A stretch of DNA of 64,000 nucleotides from Candidatus Fermentibacterota bacterium (GTDB taxonomy: Bacteria > Fermentibacterota > Fermentibacteria > Fermentibacterales > JCC-6). A model generated the notes under the pieces. That model made no database searches, was not told the origin of the DNA, and saw only the letters and a list, made by a program, of their open reading frames with translations. This document shows positions 34,229 through 43,610 of the stretch, piece by piece. Position numbers and translations under genes: made by a program. The stretch covers positions 905,608 to 969,607 of the forward strand of contig CAWJQI010000005.1 in the NCBI GenBank assembly GCA_963845085.1, written 5' to 3'. Numbering within the stretch: the first letter of the stretch is position 1; each line of letters opens with the position of its first letter.

Positions 34229-36609
34229 CGGCTGCAGTTGAACTCCCTGAGAGTTTCCGCCATCCGGCGAAGCCGCCTGTCCGCCATTCCCATCACGGTG
34301 TCGGGCGGGTACCTGCCATCCTCGTCGGCCTCTCCCGCGGGTCGGCCCGTGAGTAGCTCTATTCCCTGGCATATGGTGGCCACGGGCAGAATGCTGAACC
34401 GCTTCGCCCTGACCGAGGCGACAACTTCCCTGTCGAGCTGGAGATTCACCATGTTCGCAGTGGGTATCAGAACGCCCTGTCTGCCGGTGAGCCCCCTCTC
34501 GCTGCACAGGCGGAAGAACCCCTCGATTTTTTCGTTCACCCCGCCGATGGCCTGGATCTCTCCGAACTGGTTCACAGAGCCCGTCACGGCAAGGTCCTGC
34601 CTGATCGGAAGGCCGGAAAGGGCGCTGAGAAGGGCGTACAACTCGGTGGAACTCGCACTGTCGCCGTCGACACCGCCATAACTCTGCTCGAACACGATCC
34701 CGGCGGAGAGACTGAGCGGGTAGTCTTTGGCGAACATGTGCCTCAGGTACCCCGAGATCACCTCGACACCCTTCGTGTGCGAGGGGCCGGACATGTCGGA
34801 TTCCCTCTCCACGTTAACAAGCCCTTCGCGGCCAGCAGTTACGCTCACCGTGATCCTGGCCGGAAGGCCGAAGGCGTAGTCGACACCCTGGTAGACGGCC
34901 AGGCCGTTGACCATGCCGACCCTTTCACCCTGTGTGTCGACCAGTATCTGGCCGTCGAGGATGCTCGAGAGGGCATGATCGGCGGAAAGGCTCAGCCGGC
35001 GCTTCTTCTCGGCGATGGCCCTGTCCACGTCGGCCGCGGTGATCACGTTCCGGCTGCTCTGGGAGGCCCAGTACGCGGCCTGTCTGACATAGTCGGCAAT
35101 GAGGTTGAACTTCAGGCTCAGCCTGTCGTGCCTCCCCGTGAGCCTCGCCGCCTGCTCGCACACCATCGCCATGCCCGATGGGTCGAGCGGCGCCAGCTTC
35201 TCCTGGCTGTTGATGTAGGCGATCACGCGGGAGAAGTCCGTCAGGTTCTCATCGGTGAGTTCCATGCTGTCATCGAAATCCGCCCTGATGCGGAACAGCA
35301 GGCCGAACTCGGGATCGTTCCCGGCAAGGAGCATGTATAGCCATGCGGGGCCTATCATGATCACCTTCACATTGACCTCGACAGGCTCAGGCTGGAGTTC
35401 CACCGCACCGAAGAGCCTCATCATGTCATTTGCCCTGATCACCGCAGTCTGGTTCCTCAGGGTCTGGGCAAGGGTCTGCCAGAGACCCGGGTAGCGCACG
35501 ACGTCCATCGCGTCGAGTATCAGGAAGCCTCCGTTTGCCTTGAGGTACGATCCCGCGCTGATCATCGTGTGATCGCTGTAGGGCTTGTTCTCGACCATTA
35601 TCCTGTCGATGGTTCCGAAAAGGCTCGAGGGATCGGGGAAGTTTTCGACAACGACCGGGCGGGTCCTGCGTTCGGCGTTGTCGACAAGAAGGTTCACCCG
35701 GAAGATGTAATAAGGGTCGGCATCGGAAATGGACCCCGAAAACGTTTCAAGATTCTCGAGGATGGTGTTCGCCATGCCGTCGGCGTAATCCTCCAGCGCA
35801 TCTCCGCCGCCGAGATGCTTGAGCTGGTCGGTTATCCCCAGGATGGTTGGCTTCACCAGTTCGATGAGAAGGGCTTCCAGTGCCGCCTTGGCCTTCATTT
35901 CGATGTCGTGGCCGCGCCTCAGGGCTTCGCTCAGCTTCTGGAACAGCTTTTCGTGCCTGTCCCTTATCTCCGTCATCTTCTCTTCGCTGACAGCACCCTG
36001 GGAGGCCATTTCCCGCAGCTGTTCATGGGTCACCGGCTTGTCATCTATCACGGGAAGCACGTCGGGCCGTACCTGCCCCGGGCCGGTGGTTATGCTCACA
36101 AGCGCAAAACCGGCCTTCTGGGCATCCTGGGTCACTGTCGCCATCAGCTCTTCCTTCTTCTCGGAGTAGCTCCTGAGAAGACGGCCCCGCTCCCCCGCGG
36201 TCCGCTCGCTCTGCAGAACGGCCGGGATGTTGCTTTTCAAAAGTTCGACACATTCATCGATCGTTTTCCTGAGATTCCTGCCGCACCCGGCCGGCATTAT
36301 CAGCACGCGCGGTTTTGAGGCGTCCTCGAAGTTGTAGACGTAGCAGATGTCCTGCAGGGAGTCGGTGGTGATGTCGGTTCTGTCGAGGATGCGTTTGACC
36401 GTGGTCTCCCTCCCGCTGCCCGGTACCCCCGTTATGAACATGTTGTACCCCGAGCTGGGGATCTCGAGACCCAGCCGAACGGCGCCGACAGCCCTCTCCT
36501 GGCCGACTATGCTCTCGGTGGGCTTCAGTTCATCGCTGGTCCTGAATCGAAAACGCGAATGCTTGCATGTCCATCTGAGGTCGGCGGGTTTGACGGGTTT
36601 TACCGGCAT
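34225..36609 (-). CDS. Lon-like protease with degenerate AAA module (LonC-type)
   Basis: The C-terminal S16 protease domain has DGDSASSTELYALLSAL and a downstream Lys (GGVNEKIEGF). Walker A is GVPGSGRET and Walker B is FLILDAMD, both degenerate. A ~300-aa helical insert lies between them. The ATG at 36609 has an AGGAGG RBS. Confidence 0.85.
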   Translation of the reverse strand: MPVKPVKPADLRWTCKHSRFRFRTSDELKPTESIVGQERAVGAVRLGLEIPSSGYNMFITGVPGSGRETTVKRILDRTDITTDSLQDICYVYNFEDASKPRVLIMPAGCGRNLRKTIDECVELLKSNIPAVLQSERTAGERGRLLRSYSEKKEELMATVTQDAQKAGFALVSITTGPGQVRPDVLPVIDDKPVTHEQLREMASQGAVSEEKMTEIRDRHEKLFQKLSEALRRGHDIEMKAKAALEALLIELVKPTILGITDQLKHLGGGDALEDYADGMANTILENLETFSGSISDADPYYIFRVNLLVDNAERRTRPVVVENFPDPSSLFGTIDRIMVENKPYSDHTMISAGSYLKANGGFLILDAMDVVRYPGLWQTLAQTLRNQTAVIRANDMMRLFGAVELQPEPVEVNVKVIMIGPAWLYMLLAGNDPEFGLLFRIRADFDDSMELTDENLTDFSRVIAYINSQEKLAPLDPSGMAMVCEQAARLTGRHDRLSLKFNLIADYVRQAAYWASQSSRNVITAADVDRAIAEKKRRLSLSADHALSSILDGQILVDTQGERVGMVNGLAVYQGVDYAFGLPARITVSVTAGREGLVNVERESDMSGPSHTKGVEVISGYLRHMFAKDYPLSLSAGIVFEQSYGGVDGDSASSTELYALLSALSGLPIRQDLAVTGSVNQFGEIQAIGGVNEKIEGFFRLCSERGLTGRQGVLIPTANMVNLQLDREVVASVRAKRFSILPVATICQGIELLTGRPAGEADEDGRYPPDTVMGMADRRLRRMAETLREFNCSR

Positions 36610-36663
36610 TGAAACCTCCTGTTTCTTCGTGCTCACTCCTGAAGAATATGAAAACGCCGGGAC

Positions 36664-39456
36664 TCAGCACAGTACCGGACCAGATGATACCCCGAGAACG
36701 ACGATCCGCCCCCCCGCCTCAATCCGGGAGCGCACAACGAGCGTGGCGCCCTCTCTGCGCAGGAACCGGTCGGCAGTGCGGTACAGCGGTGACGGCAGAT
36801 AGACGTCCGCCACGCCAGTGGGATCCTCGAGCATCAGAAAACCGGCCCCCCCTCCGAGAGAACGGGCTGCGGTCACCCTTCCCCAGAGGCTTGCGGCGCC
36901 TGCTTCCGTTGCCTTGGCGATGGGGGCCGTTCCGGAGGGTCGCTCGAGGATCTCAAGTGGATGCAGCGCGGTCGTCACCCCCATCACCTCCATCTCCGCC
37001 CGGACCCTGTAGGCGGGTGTGTAGTCGGGCAGCCCCGGAGGGGGAACACCCTCCGGAAACAGCCCCGTACCACGGCTTTTCACAGCCCAGACAGCCTCGG
37101 GACGGGACATCCCCAGCTCGTCGAAACACCCCGCAACAGCCATGGCCGATGCAAGGACCGGCCCTATCCCGGCATCACGCACACGGGACGGCGTCCGGCA
37201 GGGGCGCGAGGCCTCGATCTTTGCGAATTCTGCCGTTCCCATGCCCTTAATCAGACAAAAGCCCAGCATGAGGCTTCCGTCTTCAGTGGCCCTGCACAGC
37301 CATCCCCCGGAATTGACCCCTGGAGCCACGATACTGATCCCCATCCTCCTCGCCTCCTCCACGTAGACACGGGGGGGGTAGAAACCGCCGCCTGCTGCCA
37401 TGAAGGCGGCCGTCGCCCTTGCGGGATGGAAGACCTTCAACCAGGCGAAGGCGCAGGCCTCGACTGCATACGTCACGGCATGGGCCTTGCAGAATCCATA
37501 GCCGGCATACCCGGATAGAAGCTCCCAGCCCTTTCCGGCGGTTTCCATGGAGTGTCCGGCTGCCAGGCTCAGTGACAGCACCTCCTCGCGCTGCACCTGT
37601 CCGGCTTTCAGCCTCCGGCGCATCAGGTCGCCCTGGGCCGGGGTAAGGCCGAGAAGGATGCATGCAGCCTCGGAGACGTCCTCCTGATAGAGCATCACGC
37701 CCCGGTTTTCCCGCAGCAGGTTGTGAAGGCAGGCGGGTGCACGCGAGTCGCCACCGCTTGTGTATGCAGCCCTTCCTCCACCGGCGGATGCTCCGGGGCG
37801 GACAAGGGCCAGTGCACGCGCGGTGTCCTCGAGCGTGTCGATCCTCATTCCCCTGAGCAGCCCCCGCATGGCGGGGCTTTCCACATGGGGTATGCCTATG
37901 GTGGCGCCCCTGTTGAGAAGCAGCCTGACCGGCTCCGCAAGCGCTCCCTGCTCTTCAAGAAGCTCCATCGGATCTCCGGGAGCGGCCGAGTGTATCGCGG
38001 TGAGCCCCCTGTGGCCAAGAAGGTCCATCTTCAGCAGTCCGATGAACTCGACGCCGTCCTTGTCGAACTGGGTCACTTCCAGGCCGCCTGCACACCCCTG
38101 AAGCGGCACACGGGACGCAACCGATCCGTTGCATACGACAAGCCCGCACGGATGAGGCCCTACGCCGGCGGGAAGGCCCTTAAGAAGGCCGGCATCGGAA
38201 AGTATTCCGGGGTTGTCCCCCCTCTGCCAGACGGGATCCGTTGGGTTTCCCGATGCACGCGAAAGCACTTCGACCTCATCCGGCCCCAGTCCGGCGGCGG
38301 TCGCGCTGAACCTCACCGCGGAGCGGGTCCTGTAGGAGCCCAGGACCGAGACAGCCGCGGTCCGGCCGCCCCATCGCTTCATGAACCAGTTGAAAACCTC
38401 GTCACGCCTTGCGCTGTCGATGTCGAGATCTATATCCGGCGGCCTGCTCCGAAGGGGGTTGAAGAACCTGGGGAAGGACAGACCGTAGCGGATCGGACAG
38501 ACCACCGAAAGCCCGAGAAGCCTTGCAGCAAGGCTTCCCCCGGCTGAACCCCGTGCAACGGCGAGTATGCCCCGCTCCCTGCAGAACGAGAGAATCTCGT
38601 TGAACACAAGGAAGTAGCCGCAGAGGTTGGCGCCGGCAAGGGCCGCGAATTCCTCCTCCAGCCGAACCGCAGCGGCGGAGGAACCTTTGTAGAGCTTTCC
38701 CAGCCTTGAAAGCAGTATCCCCCTGAGCCGTTCCGGATCGTCTGGACCCATCACCGGAGGATCGTAAACCTTCTCAGAGGGTTCATCCGAAGCGGAATCA
38801 AAAAGGTCACGGTTGGCGGCCACGGCCTCCCGCGGCCAGCCCGATAGTCCGGGCAGCGGAAAGCAGTGATCGGGAACGACGTCTTTCGCCACCCACGGCT
38901 CGTCAAGAAGGCGGTCGACCCTTCGGAGGATTCCGTGAACCCTTTTCGAATTGGGGCCGGCGAACATGCAGGGACAGGCGGCAAGAGGAAGGGCCCCCGC
39001 CGGCACGTCGCGGCAGGTGCGCCCGGGCTGAACCGGCGAATAGACCCGGCCCCTGAAGCCCGCGGAGAGAAGCCTTTCAACCCCCGCCGCGCCTGATGAA
39101 ACGATGGCGAATATTTTGTCGGAGTCTTCCAGTGCCTCAGCGGGGGCCACCCTGCCAGGAAGATGGGACGAGGTGACGAGGCGGCAGAACTGCCCCCAGC
39201 CGCCCTCAAGGGCGCCAACCACGAGCGGGCCGCAGGCAAGGTCGAGATGCGCTCCTGGAACGGCCTTCATGCCAAGCTTCCGGCATGCAAGGGAAAGCCT
39301 GTGAAGGCCGTATACCCCGCCGAGGTCGGCCATCAGAAGCCCCTTGTAACCAGCCCTGTGAGCGGCCCCGGCAAGCGCTTCCGGGGTGTCGGTACCGTAC
39401 CGGAAGCTGCATGCGCTTTTCACCCACGCAAGAAGGGCACAATCAGCTTCGGCCAT
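36664..39456 (-). CDS. DNA polymerase III alpha-subunit family protein, short (930 aa), DnaE2-like
   Basis: Palm catalytic motif PPDIDLDID and LLKMDLLG, a fingers region and a C-terminal OB fold. The N-terminal PHP region lacks the usual HxH. Confidence 0.8.
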   Translation of the reverse strand: MAEADCALLAWVKSACSFRYGTDTPEALAGAAHRAGYKGLLMADLGGVYGLHRLSLACRKLGMKAVPGAHLDLACGPLVVGALEGGWGQFCRLVTSSHLPGRVAPAEALEDSDKIFAIVSSGAAGVERLLSAGFRGRVYSPVQPGRTCRDVPAGALPLAACPCMFAGPNSKRVHGILRRVDRLLDEPWVAKDVVPDHCFPLPGLSGWPREAVAANRDLFDSASDEPSEKVYDPPVMGPDDPERLRGILLSRLGKLYKGSSAAAVRLEEEFAALAGANLCGYFLVFNEILSFCRERGILAVARGSAGGSLAARLLGLSVVCPIRYGLSFPRFFNPLRSRPPDIDLDIDSARRDEVFNWFMKRWGGRTAAVSVLGSYRTRSAVRFSATAAGLGPDEVEVLSRASGNPTDPVWQRGDNPGILSDAGLLKGLPAGVGPHPCGLVVCNGSVASRVPLQGCAGGLEVTQFDKDGVEFIGLLKMDLLGHRGLTAIHSAAPGDPMELLEEQGALAEPVRLLLNRGATIGIPHVESPAMRGLLRGMRIDTLEDTARALALVRPGASAGGGRAAYTSGGDSRAPACLHNLLRENRGVMLYQEDVSEAACILLGLTPAQGDLMRRRLKAGQVQREEVLSLSLAAGHSMETAGKGWELLSGYAGYGFCKAHAVTYAVEACAFAWLKVFHPARATAAFMAAGGGFYPPRVYVEEARRMGISIVAPGVNSGGWLCRATEDGSLMLGFCLIKGMGTAEFAKIEASRPCRTPSRVRDAGIGPVLASAMAVAGCFDELGMSRPEAVWAVKSRGTGLFPEGVPPPGLPDYTPAYRVRAEMEVMGVTTALHPLEILERPSGTAPIAKATEAGAASLWGRVTAARSLGGGAGFLMLEDPTGVADVYLPSPLYRTADRFLRREGATLVVRSRIEAGGRIVVLGVSSGPVLC

Positions 39457-39502
39457 GCCGAACTATATGAAACCGGTGGCGGAGAAAACCGCCACGGTCC
39501 GC

Positions 39503-39976
39503 CTAGTTGCACTCCATGCGGTAGAACGGGACCGGGGTTCCGTCGGCAAGACGGACTGTGCCCGAGCCGGTGACCGTGAACCCGCAGCTCTGGTATGCCC
39601 GGATGGCCCGGATGTTTGACATCCTGACGGTGAGGCGGACATGGTCGATACCCATGATGAAACGAGCTTCGCGCGTGGCAAGGTCGATGGCCCTCCGGCC
39701 GATGCCGTGGCCAAGCAGACCCGGATCGCCGATTATGATGCCAAGGATTCCCTCGACTGAGTCCCATCGGCGGCGTTCCACCCAGACACCGCCCACATCC
39801 CTGCCGTCGGCGTTGATAACGAACCAGACATACTCGTCGCCCCAGCCGGAAAGGTCGGTGCCGTTGAAGGCCTGCGGGCTGACCTTCTGCATGTAATCCT
39901 GCGAGCCTATCGCATCGCTCCAGGCCTGCAGATTCCCAAGATCCCTTTCGGTGATCCGTCTGATGAAGACCTTCAT
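39503..39976 (-). CDS. GNAT family N-acetyltransferase
   Basis: Acetyl-CoA-binding motif LLGHGIGRRAIDLA plus NIRAIRAYQSCGF; 157 aa. Confidence 0.8.
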   Translation of the reverse strand: MKVFIRRITERDLGNLQAWSDAIGSQDYMQKVSPQAFNGTDLSGWGDEYVWFVINADGRDVGGVWVERRRWDSVEGILGIIIGDPGLLGHGIGRRAIDLATREARFIMGIDHVRLTVRMSNIRAIRAYQSCGFTVTGSGTVRLADGTPVPFYRMECN

Positions 39977-40082
39977 TGCACCCCGATGTTCTCTTGTTTA
40001 CCCGTGGGTAAGTCTAAAATTTGGCCGTAACATACCGTCACCTGCCACGGTGTCAACCAGGCTTACATCCCCTGGCCCCGTC

Positions 40083-40880
40083 ATGGTAGATTCCGGGGAA
40101 CGGAGGGAGGCCTGTTTGACCGCAACATCCGACAAAGGTCACTGGGACAGATTCTGGAGCAGACCCAGACGCCTTGACGAGATCTACGACAACGATGACA
40201 GGATAAGGTTCGAGGTCGCCCGACGCTTCACCGCCCGCGGGCTGCTCACGCTCGAGGTGGGGGCGGCAACGGCCCGTGACAGCGCATCCCTCTCGGGAAG
40301 CGGCGCGGTCGCGGTGGCCCTTGACTACTCCCACACGGCCCTCGCCCGTGCATCCGAAGCAGGCGGCGGGGTACTGCTGGTGTGCGGCGACGCCGAGGCC
40401 CTTCCCTTCCGCGACGGTGTGTTCGGCCTGGTTTTCCATCAGGGCGTCATGGAGCATTTCAAGGATCCCGGCCCCATGACCGATGAATGCGTCAGGGTGC
40501 TCGCCCCGGGCGGTTCGCTTCTTGTGGACGTCCCGCAGACATTCCACCCGTACACGGTCTTGAAGAAGGTGCTTATGGCCGGGGGGGTCTGGTTCGCCGG
40601 CTGGGAAACCCAGTACACGATCAGGTCGCTCAGGGGGCATGTGAAACTGCACGGTCTCCTGCCGGAAAGCGCATACGCGCGCTACTTCGTTCCTTCGCTT
40701 GCGTACAGGGTGCTTCGCGAGGCTTTTATCAGGCTGGGGGTCAGGCTTCCGCTTCGACCCGTGCTCTTCCCCCGATTCAACGCGTTCAGGCGCAGGGTTC
40801 GTTCACTCCTTGAAAGAAGCCCCTTCGGTCTCATGACGGGGTGCATCATCGGCGTCTTCGCGCGAAAACCGGCATCATGA
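40083..40880 (+). CDS. class I SAM-dependent methyltransferase
   Basis: Motif I is LLTLEVGAATARD. The Methyltransf_11-like stretch is LLVCGDAEALPFRDGVFGLVFHQGVMEHF. The ATG at 40083 is preferred to the long ORF from 39951, which overlaps the divergent GNAT. Confidence 0.8.
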   Translation: MVDSGERREACLTATSDKGHWDRFWSRPRRLDEIYDNDDRIRFEVARRFTARGLLTLEVGAATARDSASLSGSGAVAVALDYSHTALARASEAGGGVLLVCGDAEALPFRDGVFGLVFHQGVMEHFKDPGPMTDECVRVLAPGGSLLVDVPQTFHPYTVLKKVLMAGGVWFAGWETQYTIRSLRGHVKLHGLLPESAYARYFVPSLAYRVLREAFIRLGVRLPLRPVLFPRFNAFRRRVRSLLERSPFGLMTGCIIGVFARKPAS

Positions 40881-41983
40881 AGATACTCGCACTGAACTGG
40901 AGGGATCCCTGTAACCCCGAGGCCGGCGGCGCCGAGATCCACCTCCACAACATCCTTAAGAGGGTGGCGGCTTCCGGGCACAGGGTGGTTCAGGTATCCC
41001 ATTCGGTTGCGGGTCTTGCCGCGGTGGAGGAAATAGACGGGGTCGAGGTCCACCGGAACGGCAGCTGGTATTCGTACAATCTGACCGTGGGGCGCTACTG
41101 CAAACGGCTCGGGCTGTCTTCCTTCGACCTTGTCGTGGAGGACATCTGTAAAGTCCCGGTGTTCTCCGCGGGGTGGTCGGCGACCCCCGTTTTGGCGGTC
41201 GTCCCGCACCTGTTCGGCACCACTGCCTACAGGGAGGTGGGGCCGCTCAAGGCAGCATACGTGAACTTCCTCGAATCATTCATACCAAGGGCGTACCGCG
41301 GCTGCCGTTTCGTTGCCATCAGCGACAGCACGAAGCGCGACCTTGTCCGCAGGGGGGTTCCCGGGGAAAGCATCCATGTCGTTCCCTGCGGAATGGACAC
41401 TGAAACCTACAGGCCCGACCCGTCGGTGCAGGTTGACATGGCAAGCTTCCTTTATCTGGGACGACTCAGGAAGTACAAGGGGGTGCAGCACGCGCTGAGA
41501 GCGCTCGCCCTCCTCCGGGAGAGGGGGGTATTCGCATCACTGTCGATCCTGGGCGTGGGCGAGTACGCGGGCGAACTGCAAGAGCTCGCCCGGAAGCTTG
41601 AACTCGGCGACAGCGTTGTCTTCGAGGGCTTCGTCACCCAGGAGAGAAAGCTGCACCGGCTGAGATCATGCTGTGCAGCCGTCTTCCCCTCCGAGAAGGA
41701 AGGGTGGGGGCTGACCGTCATCGAGGCGAACTGCTGCGGGGCACCCGTGATAGCCAGCCGTTCCGACGGCCTGACCGATTCGGTCCGCCACGGCGAAACG
41801 GGCATCCTCGTGCCCCATGGCGATGTACATGCCCTTGCGGACGCAATGCAGGGCCTCATGGAAAATCCTTCCGAAAGATCAAGGCTTTCAGAGGGAGGCC
41901 TTCGCTGGGGTTCGGAATTTCACTGGGACCGAACCGGCAGGGATATGCTCGCCATCATGGAGGACATCGTCAGCTGCCGGTGA
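40877..41983 (+). CDS. glycosyltransferase family 4 (GT-B, retaining)
   Basis: EX7E region PSEKEGWGLTVIEANCCGAPVIAS...GETGILV. The ATG at 40877 overlaps the upstream stop (ATGA). Confidence 0.85.
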   Translation: MKILALNWRDPCNPEAGGAEIHLHNILKRVAASGHRVVQVSHSVAGLAAVEEIDGVEVHRNGSWYSYNLTVGRYCKRLGLSSFDLVVEDICKVPVFSAGWSATPVLAVVPHLFGTTAYREVGPLKAAYVNFLESFIPRAYRGCRFVAISDSTKRDLVRRGVPGESIHVVPCGMDTETYRPDPSVQVDMASFLYLGRLRKYKGVQHALRALALLRERGVFASLSILGVGEYAGELQELARKLELGDSVVFEGFVTQERKLHRLRSCCAAVFPSEKEGWGLTVIEANCCGAPVIASRSDGLTDSVRHGETGILVPHGDVHALADAMQGLMENPSERSRLSEGGLRWGSEFHWDRTGRDMLAIMEDIVSCR

Positions 41984-42689
41984 ACAGCCTTTCGGCAAGA
42001 AATCCAGGCAGCCCGTTCCTGAGTATCTCCCGGGATGTGGTTTCAACGGGATACGAAATTCTGAAGGTTTCCGCGGTGCGGGCTTCAGTATCGACAACGG
42101 TTAAGGCCGCCCGGGGGTCGCCATCCCTGGGCTGACCAACGCTGCCGCAATTCACGAGAGGGTATTGCTCAAGCCTGATCAGGTGCTCGACGGTTCTGGC
42201 GCCGCCGGCTCCCCAGGCGCATGCAACATGCGTGTGACCGAAGAACCAGGGGCGGCCCGCGATTTCATCCAGAACCCTTCCGGCGCGTGTTTCATCGGTG
42301 ATGTACTGCCATGAGCCGGGAATGAGGGGATGAGCATGACAGAAGCCGCACCCGTATTTCTCCGCCGTGAGGGGAAGACCGGAAAGCCATGCCAGCTGGT
42401 CGGAGGAGAAACGCCCCGCGCTCCAGGCAAGCGCCCTCCCGCCCCACGTGTTGAACATTGAGAGCGGCAGAAGACCCGCGCTTCCGAGGTCGTGATTGCC
42501 GGCAACAACAATGTCACAGATGCCCCGCACCAGTTCGATGCATTCCCCCGGCCATGGACCGTAACCGGTCACATCTCCGAGACAAACCGAATGATCGCAG
42601 GAAAGCCCTTCGGGGTGGCTCAGGACCTTTTCAAGGGCAGGCAGGTTTCCGTGAATGTCACTGATCAGGCGGAGTCTCAGGGAAGGCAC
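41970..42689 (-). CDS. metallophosphoesterase (calcineurin-like)
   Basis: Motifs ISDIHGN, LGDVTGYG, GNHD and GHTH. The start is GTG. Confidence 0.8.
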   Translation of the reverse strand: MPSLRLRLISDIHGNLPALEKVLSHPEGLSCDHSVCLGDVTGYGPWPGECIELVRGICDIVVAGNHDLGSAGLLPLSMFNTWGGRALAWSAGRFSSDQLAWLSGLPLTAEKYGCGFCHAHPLIPGSWQYITDETRAGRVLDEIAGRPWFFGHTHVACAWGAGGARTVEHLIRLEQYPLVNCGSVGQPRDGDPRAALTVVDTEARTAETFRISYPVETTSREILRNGLPGFLAERLFTGS

Positions 42690-43089
42690 CTCCGTCCTTC
42701 ACAAGTATCCTGTGAAGAACGCCGTTCACGAAGGCGCCCGCACCGGGCTGATCGAACTCCTCGGCCATCCTCACCGATTCCTTGATGACCACGGGAACGG
42801 GGGTGCCGATATAACATGCCTCGGCCACGGCCTGTTCCAGCAGAAGCCTTGTCACCGTTGAAAGCCTGTTCATCGACCAGTTGGAAAGGGCCGCCTCGAT
42901 GCGTGCGGAAATGTCGCCGCTGTTTCTGACCGAGGCCTCGGCGATCGTTCTGATCCAGACCCTGGTCTCGTTGTCGAAGAGCGTGCTGAAGCCGAGATCA
43001 TCGAGGTTTCCGGAAATAGAAGCCCCGTTTATGCTTGCGGCATACCTGGACTGCAGGAGAAACTTTCTCGCCCTCGAACGCATTCCCAC
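42658..43089 (-). CDS. nusB: transcription antitermination factor NusB
   Basis: ~140 aa, all-helical, with the N-terminus RSRARKFLLQSRY. Sits in the conserved position after ribH. Confidence 0.85.
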   Translation of the reverse strand: MGMRSRARKFLLQSRYAASINGASISGNLDDLGFSTLFDNETRVWIRTIAEASVRNSGDISARIEAALSNWSMNRLSTVTRLLLEQAVAEACYIGTPVPVVIKESVRMAEEFDQPGAGAFVNGVLHRILVKDGGAFPETPPDQ

Positions 43090-43091
43090 GG

Positions 43092-43610
43092 TTACTCGCC
43101 CACCGGTTCCTTCATCGGGTCATCCTCGGCGAGGTCGGAAAACCCGTAGACCTGCCGGTAAAGGTTGACCATCTCGAGTGCAGTAAGGGCGGCATCGAAA
43201 CCCCTGTTGCCGCTTTTCGCACCGGCCCTGTCCACTGCCTGCTCGACCGTGTCTGCCGTGACGATCCCGTAGGCAACAGGTATCTCGGCGTCGAGCCCGG
43301 CCTTTGCCACACCCTTGGCACTTTCGGCCGCAACGAAGTCGAAGTGGGGCGTCTCACCCCTGATGACCGCCCCGAGGCAGATCACCATGTCGAAATCACC
43401 GCAGCGGGCGAGTTTCGCTGCCATTGCCGGTATCTCCCAGGCGCCCGGGACCATGAAAACGTCCATGTCCTCGTCCTGTACGCCGTGGCGAAGAAGGCAG
43501 TCGGTGGCGCCTTCGAGAAGCTTCGAGGTGATGAACCCGTTGAACCTGGACACGACGAGGGCCGCCTTCAGCCCCTCGCCGTCCAGCTGTCCTTCATGAA
43601 TCCACGCCAT
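43092..43610 (-). CDS. ribH: 6,7-dimethyl-8-ribityllumazine synthase
   Basis: Motifs [28 protein letters not shown] and GIVT. Confidence 0.93.
   Translation of the reverse strand: MAWIHEGQLDGEGLKAALVVSRFNGFITSKLLEGATDCLLRHGVQDEDMDVFMVPGAWEIPAMAAKLARCGDFDMVICLGAVIRGETPHFDFVAAESAKGVAKAGLDAEIPVAYGIVTADTVEQAVDRAGAKSGNRGFDAALTALEMVNLYRQVYGFSDLAEDDPMKEPVGE

Noticed and set aside
13224-36609. Possible BREX-like defence system, because a PglZ-domain protein, a Lon-like protease and a SAM methyltransferase all occur in the window.
   Set aside because: The three genes are 20+ kb apart in different operons. The PglZ domain is fused to a CheY receiver (PorX architecture) and paired with a histidine kinase. 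There is no BrxC/PglY ATPase or PglX-type large methyltransferase. The methyltransferase at 40083 is a small Methyltransf_11 enzyme next to a glycosyltransferase.
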